From Felis catus (taxonomy: Eukaryota), in assembly GCF_018350175.1 (NCBI RefSeq), contig NC_058382.1, positions 1,302,001-1,366,000 on the forward strand: DNA of 64,000 nucleotides, in the 5' to 3' direction. Under the pieces are notes generated by a model that had not been told where the DNA came from, made no database searches, and saw only the letters and a list, made by a program, of their open reading frames with translations. Positions within the stretch are counted from its first letter, which is position 1; each line of letters starts with the position of its first letter. Below, one piece after another: positions 48,415 through 61,847 of the stretch. A program made the position numbers and the translations under genes.

Positions 48415-49914
48415 TGGACTCGCCTTTTCTACCACACTGGCTCTTGGGTTTGAACCCTGCACCGTCAGAATCACCCGGGAACTCGTTAGAAATGCGAATT
48501 CTCCGTCCAGATACCTATTGAATTACACACTCAGGAGTTGAGCCCGAGAATTTGTGTATTAACAAGCTTTCCGAGTGACTTCGATGCACGTGCAAAGAAA
48601 TTACGACTTTGTGCCGCGATTCCTGGGCATGGGGTTCACATGTCTCTTGTGAGTAGTAGGAATCTCATCTAAAACCGAGGCAGTTTCACAGTGAAATTGA
48701 AAAAAGCTGTGCACCTTCATTTTCCTAATTCTTAAAATCTAATGGATGTCCAATTTCCTATTATTTAAGGAGTACTACACTATGCATTATAAAATATAAA
48801 GTAAAAAGTCTCTAAAAATTCAACGTCCTGGAGAAAATGTTTGCAATATAGTATTGTCCTTTTAGAATTGTGGCAGCGCGATTGTGTGGGTCACTGTGTG
48901 TGTGTGTGTGTTCAAATGTTTCTATACAAATCATTTTTCTTCATATAAAGTTACTTTTTGTACACCGACCTGCAGTTTGCTTTTCTCACTTACCTTGGAC
49001 ATTCTAAAGCCACCTCCTCATTGTATACCTATACCTCATACTTCCTTATTAAGAACCCTGTATTCCTAAAGCTACCACCTTCTTTTAAAGGCCACATTGC
49101 ATTCCTTTGCAGGCATCGTGGCTGGTCCGGCTGTCTAGGGGAGCCTGGTTCAGGACTTGCCATCATCGTTTGGTTCCTGTAGGACTTCTTCTTCAAAGCC
49201 AAAGAAAACTCAGGGTTATACACTGGTAGTCTGGCCACTGACCAATCTCCACAGACAGAAAAGCTGGTCAAGAAAAATGCAGACTATCACAGTGGAACCT
49301 CCATGATAACTATGGAAGTAAAGACCACTCAGATGCGAACAAGGGAAGGATACTTATTCTGACCTTGTAAAGCAAGGGAGTTACTCATTATCAATTGTTT
49401 TGGGGAGTGACTCCAAGGCAGCAAAGGAGTGGAAAAGCTTTATGCTGGAAAAAATGGGAAGGCTTCAGATGTCTCAGGACTGGAGCCTGTTAGCACAGGA
49501 AAAGTGGAGGAGGGCCAGATAGAATTTGGGTGTCTTATGTGATTTATTAGGGGTGTATATTTGGCTTCCTCCGCTTGGTCCAAACATTCACCATGAAGTT
49601 GGCCATGGTGGGAGTATTTACATTAGCGAAATTTCTAAATACAATTCAAGGTTTGCCTTATTGTTTTGTTGACTGTGCAGACTTAAAGTAATGAAAAAGA
49701 ACAGTAACAATGCAGAATTAAACATGTGTCTGTATCTTTATGTTGTAAATAGCACAAAAAATGAGGACATACTCTTTCAGTATTTAAAAACGATTACCAT
49801 ATTTAGCAAATGGGTCATGTCGTCTGATGAAGGAGTTACATTCCAACAAATGTTTGACAAAAACCTTTTTTTTGTTGTCAATGAAAATATCAGTCAATAT
49901 TCATAACAGTATGA

Positions 49915-50380
49915 AATATATGTATGAATTTATTGGCATAAAGGGACTCATAATATTCCCTCATTATCCTTTTAATGCCTATAGAATCTGTAGTGATGTC
50001 ACTTCTAACATTTCTGACATTGGAAATTCGTGTATTCCCATCTTTTCTGTATGATCAGGTTGGGTAGAGGTTCATCAGTTATACTGATATTAAGGCTTTG
50101 GATTTCACTAATTTTCTCTACAATTTCTCATTTTCTATTGCATTCATTTTTGTTTTGATCTTTATTATTTCTTCTGCTTTCTCTGGATTTCATTTCTCTT
50201 CTTTTCTAGTTTCTAAAGGTGAAAGCTAGGGTCCTTGATTTGAGACCTTTTTTTCTATAAGTGTTTAATGTGATCAACTTTCCTTGAAGAGCTGCTTTAG
50301 AAGGCTTCCACAAATTGTCTTACATTGAGGGATTTTTTTTCTCCCATTCCATTCAAAATAATTTTAGAGCAATTTTTAAA
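49915..50380 (-). mobile_element. Old L1 ORF2 fragment
   Basis: T-rich antisense L1 sequence (gatctttattatttt..., agctgctttag...ccacaaatt). Confidence 0.6.
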
Positions 50381-51044
50381 AATTTGTTTTGGTGTGTGTA
50401 TGTGACAAAAAGAGTCATCAAACATAGAAGGGCTCTTCCTAAAGACCTTCTATAAAAGTGCTATTGCAAATGCCATGCCTCTTTGTCCATTAAAAAAAGT
50501 ATTCCCCTGAGATTGTGAACAAAACACAATGCCTACTCTCTGCACTTTTATTCCATATTAATATTGGTGTTTTTGTCTAGTGCAATAAAACAAGAAAATG
50601 AATATATAACATTTGGAAAGGAATAAATAAGGAATTTATCACTAGCCACCTTAAATTTTTTCCCTAAATAACATCTGCACTGGGTCCTTCTTTGGAGATC
50701 CAATCCACTATTGCAATGCTTCCCTACCCCCTGTAATTTTCTTCACTCCTTCTGGTTCTTTTCTACTTCCAAAAGACAGACCTATTACCTTCTAAGATAC
50801 CATGTAACTCAACACCTTAGACTCATTGCTTATTGTCTGTGTCCCTTAATGAGAATGCAGTTTCCATAAGGAAACATTCCTTGTTTATGTTCTGTGCACT
50901 CATACATCATATACCTAGAAATGTGCCTGACCCACATAAGGTACATGTCTGCTGAAGCACTAAACAAGTATCCTGCACAGAATTCCTGTTCATTTGCAAC
51001 ATTGTGTGTTGTTTCCAACTCTACCCACCCAGTACAGTCTCTCC

Positions 51045-51425
51045 CTTCAATTTCAGTACCCTCAGATCTCTCAGGAAAGGAAAGAAATGGTATTTTGGAT
51101 TGACCAAGTGGATAGGATGTGCTCAGCTTAGTTCTCTCACTTACTAGATTTCAGTGCCTTCTGTTCAATTTGCATGAGGATTTTTGCCCTCCCCATCCTG
51201 TCCTGACACTCCTGTTACATATCTCAATTAATCACTTTTAATAGCATTTGGGGGTGTGCACAGTTCACAGATGTTTTCCACAAATAATCTTCAATCCCCA
51301 GTAGACACTGTCAGTGCAATTACAGGTGAAATGATAATCACTTCCCAGCAAGCAGATGAGATCACAGAACCTCAAAACCTTTATCTCAGGGTTCAAAATC
51401 CCCCTTTCCGCACCTGCACAGGTTC
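51045..51425 (+). promoter_or_regulatory. Putative V1R promoter (copy B)
   Basis: Homologous to 2050-2475; ~7.2 kb upstream of V1R ATG 58554; candidate donor GTGAGT at 51815. Confidence 0.6.
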
Positions 51426-52397
51426 CATCACCGCAGCCACTGCCCTCACAGCAAACTCCAACTGTGTTAGTAGCTATTTTTTTTCCCAATTAAATTCTTC
51501 ATTATTATAAGGAGTTTATCTCAGGAAAGCCAGGATAACCGTTCTCCCAGAAGCAGTAGGTTTTCTCAAGCAGAAACATACAAAACCCAGCCGTGGGGAG
51601 ACATCTGCTCCGGAACCAGCTGAGGAAAGGAGAGGCCCTTGCCACCCTCGTGCACCTGCTTCAGGGCCACCCCGGGTGCTCCCTTCAGCCGCCAGTTCCA
51701 GCCCCCTGTGAAATGGGCTCTCACCTGTCTGCAGCCCTGACTCACAGGCTGCACCCTGGAGCCGTCACAGCAGGGGCATGTGATCGGCAGTGAGAGACGA
51801 TGAGTTCCCAGACGGTGAGTGTCTGAGCAGCCATTGCTGGGACGCCCCAATGCTTCTGGGGGTGCTGCTCTGCTTTGCAAAGGGGAAAGGCATGTGGTGC
51901 TGACTAAAGCCCAATGATCCGTGTCCAAATTTCTCTCGTTCGTAAAAATTCACATCTCATTTACAGAAAATAAGGTCTCATTTGTTTTCATGATAGAAAC
52001 ATCTTATGGTAAGAAAAATGTGGCCACAAGTTTGTGGAGGACAGGAGTGCCTGGGTGGTCGGTTAAGCCTCGGACTCTTGATTTCAGCTCATGTGGTGAC
52101 CTCACAGTTTGTGGGTTCAAGCCCCATGTCCGGCTCCGTGATGAGAATGGCTGCTTGGGACTCTCTCTCTCTGCCCCTCCCCTGCGTTCTCTTTCCCTCA
52201 AAATAAATAAACGTTAAAAAAGAGTTTGTGGGGGACAGACAAGAGGAATACTCAGGACTGTCATAGTCTCAAAACACAAATGTTACTCCAACAGGTAACC
52301 AGATTTTAAAGGTGCTTCAATAGTCTTGTCCTTGTACAAATCTGACGTTCTCTCTACCCTTTAGGGACCTCAGCTGTTCTTTGGATCCATTCTTATC

Positions 52398-52437
52398 CAT
52401 CTATCATCTATCTATCTATCATCTATCTTTCTATCTA
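52398..52437. repeat. Imperfect (TCTA)n microsatellite
   Basis: Directly visible. Confidence 0.8.
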
Positions 52438-52744
52438 AATACATACATAGTGTGTGGCCACACCATCCACTTACCCACCTACCTCATTTTATACGCTGTT
52501 ATTTTCAAAGAGAAACTAATAGAGACTCTTTAGTGGCCAGAGACTCTTTAGTGACAGGCTGGCTCGCCTTCCCCTCTCTGTGAGCAAGGGCACTAAACTG
52601 AGATTCTCCCTGTGACTCACAAAGCCACTATGATCAGGTGGACGTTGTGAGCCATTATTGCCCTGTGCATTGCTACAATTTTATCGGGCTGGAGTGGTTG
52701 ATAATCACACTGATCTGAAGATTCATGTGTTTCTGTTCTCTCTC

Positions 52745-52776
52745 TTTTATGTTTATTTATTTTTGAGAGAGAGACA

Positions 52777-52822
<46 letters not shown>

Positions 52823-53215
52823 ACAGGGAAGGAGCAGAGAGAGAGGAAGACACAGAATCTGAAACAGCCTCCAGGCTGAGCTGTCAACACGGAGCCCCAC
52901 GCGGGACTCGAACCCACAACCCTGAGATCATGACCTGAACTGAAGTCTGACGCTTAACCGACTGAGCCATGTAGGCACCCCTAGATCTCTTATTAAAAAG
53001 AAAAAATATCGGGGCGCCTGGGTGCCTCAGTCGGTTAAGCGTCCAACTTCGGCTCAGGTCATGATCTCGTGGTTTGTGAGTTGGAGCCCCGTGTGGGCTC
53101 TGTGCTGACAGCTCGGAGCCTGAAGCCTGCTTCGGATTCTGTGTCTCCCTCCCTCTCTCTCTGCCCCTCCCCTGCTCATGCTCTGCCTCTGTCTCAAAAC
53201 ATTAAAAAAAATTTT
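52745..53215. mobile_element. Head-to-head CAN-SINEs (52745-52981 -, 53010-53215 +)
   Basis: SINE consensus motifs. Confidence 0.88.
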
Positions 53216-53249
53216 TTAATAATAATTATAATAAAAGAAAAAAATAGTC

Positions 53250-53760
53250 CTTCTTTGCTCCCTGGCTCTGCCCCTTTCCCGGCTGCCGCTGCCGCTGCCG
53301 CTGGGGGAGCCCACCCCTCGCTCTCACCCCGTCCTGGCCCTGTAGGCGCGGCCTGGCGTGGCCTCCTGCCCTGCGCCACTGTGAGCTGCTGCCCTCTGGG
53401 CCCAGCGGCGCCCCCAGTCCCGTCCACCACGCCCCACCCGATGCGAAAAGCAGGGCCGGGTCCAGGCCAAGTGCAAAGCCGGAGGAGCCACGAGTACCGT
53501 GACTAGGAGGCATGCCTCCGGAGCTTAGGTCACCAAGATGATTACCAACTGGTTGGAAAACGTGGTCCGGGAAAGCATAGTGAAGTATTTGAGGCCATTA
53601 ACATCACCAACAGCGAGGCAGTGGTTGTAAAAATTCTCAAGCCAGTGAAGAAAAAAGATAAAAGGAGAGGTTAGGGTTCTGGAGAAGCTTCATGGTGGGA
53701 CAAATATCATTAAGCTGAGGGACACCGTGAAGGACCCTGTGTGAAAGACACCAGCTTTGG
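53250..53760 (+). pseudogene. CSNK2A2: Processed pseudogene fragment of casein kinase II alpha' (5'UTR + N-terminal ~110 codons)
   Basis: Conceptual translation [94 protein letters not shown] is diagnostic of CSNK2A2 rather than CSNK2A1. No introns, frameshifts and stops, start codon decayed to ACG (53429), GC-rich (GCCGCT)n leader. Confidence 0.88.
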
Positions 53761-53958
53761 GGGGCACCTGGATGGTTCAGTGGGTTAAGCACCTGGCTCT
53801 TGGTTTCGGCTCCGGTCATGGTCTGGAGGTTCAGGAGTTTGAGCCCTGCATCTGCGGACGGTGTGGAACCTGTTTGGGATCCTTTCTCTCTCTCCCTCCC
53901 TCCTCATGTTCTCTGTCTCCTCATGTGCTCTCTCTCTCAAAATGAATAAACTTAAAAA
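53760..53958 (+). mobile_element. CAN-SINE abutting the CSNK2A2 retrocopy
   Basis: The head GGGGCACCTGG starts exactly where kinase homology stops. Confidence 0.88.
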
Positions 53959-54727
53959 CGATTACACCTGAAAATAATGGAATGTCATTTTCAATTGAGT
54001 TCACTTTATTATTTTAGAAACAAGCATTTCATAATTTTACAATGTTTTTACTTCCGAGTATCACCTGTTCATACACAGTGCCAGCATTTTTAAAATAGAT
54101 TATCTAAATGATTAATATCTATAGTGAGATCCTGCTATTTGTCCTCCTTTATAATCTACACAGTTAAATAATTTCTTTGTATTTAAGTTTAATTCATTGC
54201 TGGTACATCTTTACTTATCTCGACTTTCATGTTAATGAAAAAAATGGCCTCTGATTTGGGCTACGCATGGTAATGATGTGTCAAAACAGATTTATAAAAA
54301 TATACTCTAATATTTTTACATGGCAGATTTGACATCTTTATGTTAAGATATAGGGTATAATTTAATTCTAAGATGAGAGCAAGAAATTTACCTCTTAAAA
54401 AAATAAATTTACCTCTACTATTTCAAATAAATCTCCAAGTAGTTTAACCATGTATTAAATAAATAATTTTCCCAAATACTTGATTTACTTTCATCCAACA
54501 CAGTTTTTGGTTTACTGACTCTGATCTGTGCTATTGATCCGTGTACGTCTTCAGCAATGACAAGTTGTGGTTAATGGTCTTTGTATCTAACACAGCAAGT
54601 TCTCTTCATTGAACTTGTGTAAATTTATAGAAGGTATATAATACATTATGTAATATGGAATGTATATAATATATAGTATATAATTGGGTATGTTTACATT
54701 TTTTGTTTTGTAGTATTAGAAAAACAT

Positions 54728-54999
54728 AGGGGTGCCTGGCTGCCTCACTCGGTACAGCATTTGACTCTTGATTTCAGGGTTGTGAGTTCAAGCTCTATAT
54801 TAGGCATGGAGACTACTTAAAATAATAGTTAAAAAGAAAAAAAAGAAAAATTTATAAATTTTCACTTGAATTACATGAAAAAGACACTGTGTTAATTAAA
54901 TCATTTACAATATTAGACTTTCTGTCTTGGAAATAAGTCTATCTCTGCTATTTGTTTACTACTGATTTTAAGTTTTTTTTTTTAAGTTTATTTATTTAT

Positions 55000-55048
<49 letters not shown>

Positions 55049-55462
55049 CCCAAGCAGGCTCCATGCTCAATATGAAGCCTGACTTGGAGCTGGATCTCAC
55101 AATGAGATCATGACCTGAGCCGAAATCAAGAGACAGATGTTTAACCGACTGAGCCACCCAGACACCACAAACAGAGCATTATTTCTCCTTCTCCTTCCTA
55201 TCCTCCTTCTCCTCCTACTCCTTCTTCTCCTCCTCCTTCTCCTCCTCCCCTTCCTCCTTCTTCTTCTAAGTTTATTTATTTATTTTGAGAGACACACGGG
55301 GGGGGGGGGGGCCAAGAGAGATGGAGAGACAGAATCCCAAGCAGGCTCCATGCTGTCAGTGCAGAACCCCACGTGGGGCCCAATCTCAAGAACTATGACA
55401 TCATGACAAGAGCCGAGATCAAGAGTTTGATGCTTAGCCTATTGAGCCGCCCAGGTGCTCCC
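54728..55462. mobile_element. Cluster of three CAN-SINEs with (GA)n and (CTC/CTT)n tracts
   Basis: 54728-54850 +, 54972-55165 -, 55268-55462 -. Confidence 0.85.
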
Positions 55463-57226
55463 AAACAGAGTATTTCTTAAAGACAGAGCATTCTTCTTAT
55501 GGAAGTCTCCCTTTAAAATCTTGTTGAATTTAATTTTCTATTAATTTATTTCAGATCTCTGCCTCTTTTTCCATCACTAATAAGGTTTTTTATCTGAGTG
55601 AAAGCACTGACTTTCCACAAAGGTTCATACAAAATAGACCTGGTTTGGATACCTGCCCCAAAGAGTTTCCCTAATGTGATTCCTTTCTTTTGAGTATCAT
55701 GGTGATTTATATACTAAGCTAGATCCCTTACATTTAGAATTATGGGAAAATCTGATACATTTCATTAACTGACAAGCTTATAAGCATCTGTATTTTAGGC
55801 GGGTTTTACTTTCTTTAGTTTCCAAACTGCTCATTTATCTGTTCCCTCTGGATACAGATGTCACTTGGTTTTAAGAGTCCTGTCTAAAGACAGAAAAAAA
55901 AATTAAGTACGGTAAGAATAAAGTAATTTAACAATGAAATGCTAAGAATAAAATGTGTATTGTCTAGGTTGAAAAATATTGCCTTAAAGACACAAAACTT
56001 AGAAAATATTATTAACAGAAGAAAATGTCTTTGAAAACTGGTATAATGGAATATTTCAAATATATGTGAAAGATAACAGCATAAGGCCCACAGACTTATC
56101 ACCACCTTAAACAGTTAAATTACCAGCACGCAGTCATTTCATTTCATCTATACTGTCACCCATGTTATCCACACCAGATTATTTAACAAAAAAAATCATA
56201 TGTATAGTTATATTCTCAAGTAAATAATCAAGAACGTACTCCTACACAATGACATGGGATGTAAAGATTGGATTCCTTCATAAGGAGGACCTGAGTACCT
56301 TTCTAATACCTACAATAACTACTCAATAATATCATTAAATAACAATAAGAGCTCATGTTTCCCTTACTCACCCCCATATAATTTGTGTTTTTCTATTAAG
56401 AGTTTGGCAATTAATAAGTCCCCCTCTTTTTCTTATTCTTATAAAAAAATGGATCATTTATCTAGAATAATTTAAGATGTTCTATCAACTTATTACATCC
56501 TACTGATACTGCTTCATATGCTGTCCCAGTCAGTCACACTAAAGGTGTAATTTTTGCTAGTGGCTTACTCAAGTTCTAGTTCAGTTTATTGTGAAGAACA
56601 CTTCAGAGGTAGTACAGTTCCTTCTTATTGCCTCCCATTCAAAGAAGTTTTTTATAGCTTTTTATATAAGCTTTTTATAAGTTTTTTATAGCTCAGCACA
56701 GAGCCCAACTCGGGGCTCGAACCCATGAGCTGTGAGATCACGACCTGAGCTGAAGTCGGATGCTCAACGGACTGAGCCACACAGGTGCCCCTGTAAGAAG
56801 TTGCATTTAGAGGCCACAATCTGGAGAACAGAGGTGGTAGTTGCTCGGGAGTTGATCACAATACCTGAATCTGTTCAGTTAAAAAAACTATATCTATCTC
56901 TCTATACATTTCAAGTCAAATACACATTGGTTAATGTTGACTTCTTTCAATTACATGGATCACATTAATATTCTTATTCAGTCATTTAAAAAAAATTGAT
57001 GATTTTACTAAAAATACGATATTGGATACCAGTTCACAATCTTGGCTGATAGTTTTGGTGTTTTGTTTGAATACACCCTGATAAAAATCAACAGACACAA
57101 TTATTTTTTTTTAGTTTCTCAAAAGTTATTATTTGTATGGATTGGTCATAAACTTCTCACATAATAAGGGTTGTATAGGTATGCAAACATGTTTTAAAGT
57201 CACTTTGAAAGTAATGAGTTATTCTT

Positions 57227-57435
57227 GGGGCGTCTGGGTGGCTCAGTTGGTTAAGCGTCCCACTTCGGCTCAGGTCATGATCTCACATTTCATGGGTTCA
57301 AGCCGTGGGTTGGGCTCTGTGCTGACAGCTCAGAGCCTGGAGCCTGCTTCAGATTCTGTCTCCCTCTCTCTATGCCCCTCCCCTACTCACAGTCTATCTT
57401 TCAAAAAATGAATAAAGCTGTTAAAAAAAAAAAAG
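57227..57435 (+). mobile_element. CAN-SINE
   Basis: Consensus head and poly-A tail. Confidence 0.88.
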
Positions 57436-58553
57436 GAATTCGTTATTACATTTATCTAAAATATCTAACGATTGGTGGAAGAGTATAAACCTCCAACTCC
57501 CATGTGGAGATAGAACTCTTAAGAAAAAAGAACTAGAGATTCCATATTTAAGAGAGCAGAGATCATCGGGGACTTCAATATTCTCAGATTCTCAATGTTA
57601 CCCTGACCTGGAACCAGATTTCAAAATTACTGTGACATTCGAATGATCCTCCCAATCTGAAACTCTTCCTACCCAACAAGGACCTCACGATCCCCTGATC
57701 AGTAGGAATTTTTAATGTGGTCACCCCTCACAGACGTGTAGCGTTTAACAGCATGGCTTGTTCCGGCAGATAAAGTTCTACTCAAGGAGCATAATGATGG
57801 ATATTTCAATATTCTTTCTCTGAGAGCACAGTGCACATAATTTAGCCCCTACCCATGTCTCCATGGCGTCCATTCCCTTTTGATTAAGGGAATAGAATGA
57901 GTCTCTTTTGCCCTTGAACGACTACAGTTCAAACATAGGAGTGACCCATGGTGATCACAGGTGTTAAGTAGTCAGAGACTCCTCCAAGTTGACTCTGATT
58001 TACAGAAACTGTGTAAATTCTCACTCCACATAAAATGACATCTTTGTTGGAGAATTAAATTCATTATATGTTTTCTTTTCAAAGTTATTTATGGAACTTT
58101 CCCTTGGTTTAAAATTCTTCTCTGATAAAGTTCATATGTATATTGTACTACATTTTCTTAAAATTACCCTTCAATTTTAATTGCTGTTATAAAAATTACA
58201 ATTGTATCTAAACATTTTAAACAAATACATCTGCCTATAAAGTTGATGTGAATGTTTATGTCTAAATATGCCACGACTCCCTCCTCCTTCAATAACCCAA
58301 GGCCTAGAGGTTGCTGTCAATTGGTGTGCATCCTTGGAGAAACATCTTATCTACAGTGACGTAGTAAAATCTCCTTTAAATAACCACTATCTGACCCTTT
58401 TGTTGCTTTTAAGGACATATTCTGAATGTCCTCTATGCAGAAAAAATGTGGTTTATGGAAAGCCTTACAGGAAACATGAAGACAATAATACATATATTTT
58501 GGATTTCCTCCAGATCTTCTGCCCCAGTTAAGACCAATTTCCACTTGAAATTG

Positions 58554-59483
58554 ATGGGCTCTTCCAACTTGGAAATGGGGATTATCTTCCTCATTCAGGC
58601 AGCAGTGGGGATCCTGGGAAATTCCCTCCTCTTCGGTGTTTATACCTTCACTTTGCTCACAGGACACAAGTTGAAACCCAAAGACTTGATTCTCAACCAA
58701 CTGGTCTTAGCCAACAACTTGGTGCTTTTCTCCAAAGGGATCCCTCAGACCATGGCAGCTTTTGGATGGAAATCTTTCCTAGATGACCCTGGATGTAAAG
58801 TTGTCTTCTATGTCCACAGGGTGAGCAGAGGAGTTGTCCTCAGCATCACCTGCCTGTTGAGTGGCTACCAGGCCAGTAAGCTTCATCCTAAAATCTCTGG
58901 GGTGATGGGGCTCAGAACATCTCCAAAATGCATTGGCTTCTGCTGTTTCCTCTGCTGGATCTTGCATCTCCTGTTAAATATCTACACTCCAATGAAAATG
59001 ACTGGGCCAGTGAACAGCAAAAACCTTACTTTAAAAAATATATTTGTCTACTGTTCTAAACTACCACAAGATAAACTTAGAGACTCACTAAATGCTGTCA
59101 TATATTTTTATTTTGACGTTGTGTTTTTGAGCATCATGGTGTGGGCCAGTGGCTCCATGGTCCTTGTCCTGCTCAGGCACAAGCAGCGAGTCCAACACAT
59201 TCACAGCCGCAGCCTTTCCCCCAGACCCTCCCACGAGGCCAGAGCCACACAAACCATCCTGATGCTGGTGAGCTCCTTTGTCTGCTGTTACTGTCTCTCT
59301 TCCATTTTGTCTCTTTGCATAGCATTTATTCGGAGTCCAAACGAGTGGCTAGTAAACATCAGTGTGTTTGTAGCATCATGTTTTCCAACATTCAGCCCAT
59401 TTGTGTTCATCAGCAGTGATGTGCATGTCTCTCGGTTCTGCTCTGCCTGCTGGACAAGGAAAACAATTTCCTTAATCTGGTAA
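58554..59483 (+). CDS. Vomeronasal type-1 receptor (V1R), intact single-exon ORF, 309 aa
   Basis: GILGNSLL, KPKDLILNQLVLANNLVLFSKGIPQTM, GCKVVFYVHRVSRG, WASGSMVLVLLRHKQRVQHIH, SHEARATQTILMLV, FPTFSPFV. ATG 58554 (MGSSNLEMG) aligns with the start of the first V1R. Branch point CTGAC plus acceptor ttttaAG at 58391-58413. Confidence 0.95.
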   Translation: MGSSNLEMGIIFLIQAAVGILGNSLLFGVYTFTLLTGHKLKPKDLILNQLVLANNLVLFSKGIPQTMAAFGWKSFLDDPGCKVVFYVHRVSRGVVLSITCLLSGYQASKLHPKISGVMGLRTSPKCIGFCCFLCWILHLLLNIYTPMKMTGPVNSKNLTLKNIFVYCSKLPQDKLRDSLNAVIYFYFDVVFLSIMVWASGSMVLVLLRHKQRVQHIHSRSLSPRPSHEARATQTILMLVSSFVCCYCLSSILSLCIAFIRSPNEWLVNISVFVASCFPTFSPFVFISSDVHVSRFCSACWTRKTISLIW

Positions 59484-59887
59484 AACAGTTGTATATCTTT
59501 TGATCTGTGCAGATAAATCTATTTTTAGTTTCACCCTTCATTAAAATATACGTGACTATTTGGTGCTAGTTACAATTCTAGGAATCTGTGATATCCAGTG
59601 ATTAACACCCCACTCTCATACAGGCATAGCAGAGCCAAAATAGATTTATACAGTATGCAATATTACTTACCATACACAGGCTGTATTCCGCAACTAAGAA
59701 GTTTAAGGTCCTTTACAGAGTATAGTGTATGAGAACTACCAAGTTTGCCAACATAAGTAAAATGTCACCTATATCTAGTAAGGGCTTCTCAATAGTTGTA
59801 ATGTTTTTTCCCTAAACGTAAGTGAATGAGACTGTATCTATCAGGGAAAAGATCTGGAATGCCCCATATGGGGAATGTACATGCAAC

Positions 59888-60105
59888 CTTTTTTTTTTTT
59901 TTAATGTTTATTTATTTTTGACAGAGAGAGAGAGAGAGCGTGAGCAGGGGAAGGGCAGAGAGAGAGGGAGACACAGAATCTGAAACAGGCTCCAGGCTCT
60001 GAGGTGTCAGCACAGAGCCTGATGCGGGGCTTGAACTCATGGACAGCGAGATCATGACCTGAGCCAAAGTCGGACGCTCAACAGACTGAGCCACCCAGGC
60101 ACCCC
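59888..60105 (-). mobile_element. CAN-SINE
   Basis: TSD tgtaca.gcaac.tt. Confidence 0.9.
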
Positions 60106-61008
60106 TGTACACGCAACTTTAATAAACAACAAAACTGTAGTGTTTGTGGCAGAATACCACAGATCAGAGAAAAATTCTAAACTTTGTCCTAACAATGACA
60201 AAGGTCAATGAAGAGGTGTAGGAACATGTGTGAATCATCACCTTTGCTTTTTAGATGTCATTTAGTACATACATAATAAAATGTGTTTCATTTTAATAAA
60301 CTTCCATTTGACTCCCAATTTTGGTTAAAATATTATGGTTTAATGGTTCTCAAACCTAGTGTGTTTCCAACCTTCAGTCACTGGCATTTATTTTAAACAA
60401 AAGGCAGGGACACCTGGGTGGCTCAGTCGGTTGAACATCCCATCTTGATTTCGGCTCAAGTCATGATCCCAAGGTCGTGGGATCGAACCCTGCATCAGGC
60501 TCTGTGCTGAGCGTGGAGCCTGCTTAAGATTCTCTTTCTCTCTCTCTCCACCTCTCTCCTGCTTGCACTCCCCCTAAAATAAAATAAACAAACAAAAGAC
60601 AAAATTTCAAATATAAGAGTTCTTTTTTCCCCCACTGGCCTATTTTTCTCTATTTAATTCACGCTGTTTATATTGTCCTTAAGGATTNNNNNNNNNNNNN
60701 NNNNNNNNNNNNNNNNNNNNNNNNNNNNNNNNNNNNNNNNNNNNNNNNNNNNNNNNNNNNNNNNNNNNNNNNNNNNNNNNNNNNNNNNNNNNNNNNNNNN
60801 NNNNNNNNNNNNNNNNNNTAAACTGTGAGCACAGAGCCTGACACGGGGTTCAAACTCACAAACCATGAGATCATGAGATCAAGATCATCTTGATCATGAG
60901 ATCAAGAGTCACATGCTTAACTGACTGAGCCACCTAGGCGCCCTGTGTCTTTAGGATTTTAATTCAATCTTTTAATTTTGCTGAAGAGTCCAGGCAATTT
61001 TACAACTA

Positions 61009-61847
61009 CAGTAAAACCTTGGTTTGTGAGTAACTTGTTATGTGAGTGTTCCACAAAAGAAGCAAACATTTCTAATATATTTTAACTTTATAAACGAGCA
61101 ATGTCTTGCAATACGAGTAGTACATGATGCCAAACGTTACATGATTACAACTGAACCAATGGTTCTCTCTCTCTCCCTCTCTCTCTGCAGGATTGTGGGT
61201 GATTGTCTCCCATGCTCAGATGCTCAGTCTCAGGGCATGGTATTTGGCAGAAATCAGTGATTTTTCAGAATGTTGGAAGTTGCCTACAACTGGTACTAGT
61301 GTATTTTTTGTCACTTCAAAGCACCTGTGGACAGTCCTTTGCTTCTCCATACAAGAGAAAGCTTAGGAAGGCTTTGCTTCATTCTAGGTCAGGCTGCCTG
61401 CAGATATAGACCCTTTCCTCTGCTGCCATATTGCCTTATATGTTTAATGTAACATAGTATATGACAAGAGTGTATTAACATTATACTGCAGTCAATATCC
61501 ACGCGAGCATATACAATGACCCCCGTGCAGAAAAAAATTCCACTGAGCCAACAGACAGCAGTGATTCTGTTATAACGAAAGTTGTCCTACACAATAACTC
61601 TCCTCTCATCTCCCTCACACCAGCCATGAAGGTTTTCAAAGGTAAGTGCAGGTTGATTTATTTTTCTTTATATTTTGTATTATATTACAGTATTGTAATC
61701 ATTTTTATTTGAATATTTTTGGGTTGTGAAATGAATCATCTGAGTTTCCATTATTTTTTTATGGAGAAATTCACTTTGATATACAAGTGCTTTGGATTAC
61801 AAGCATGTTTCTGGAACAAATTATACTCGTAAACCAAGGTTTTACTG
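61009..61847. mobile_element. Tigger-family non-autonomous DNA transposon (carnivore Tigger-like)
   Basis: Terminal inverted repeats TA|CAGTAAAACCTTGGTTTGTGAGTAACTTGTT ... AACAAATTATACTCGTAAACCAAGGTTTTACTG. Confidence 0.8.

Noticed and set aside
52521-52555. Short tandem duplications (agagactctttagtg twice; also 56645-56692)
   Set aside because: Ordinary slippage. No spacer structure, so not CRISPR-like.
55137-55406. Poly-leucine ORF resembling a signal peptide
   Set aside because: A (CTC/CTT)n microsatellite between two SINEs.
58446-58553. 36-aa N-terminal extension of the second V1R in the ORF track
   Set aside because: It starts at a non-ATG codon and has no V1R homology. ATG 58554 aligns with the paralogue's start.
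61150-61440. Possible decayed ZNF 3'UTR on the minus strand
   Set aside because: It lies inside the Tigger-like element bounded by TIRs at 61009 and 61847.
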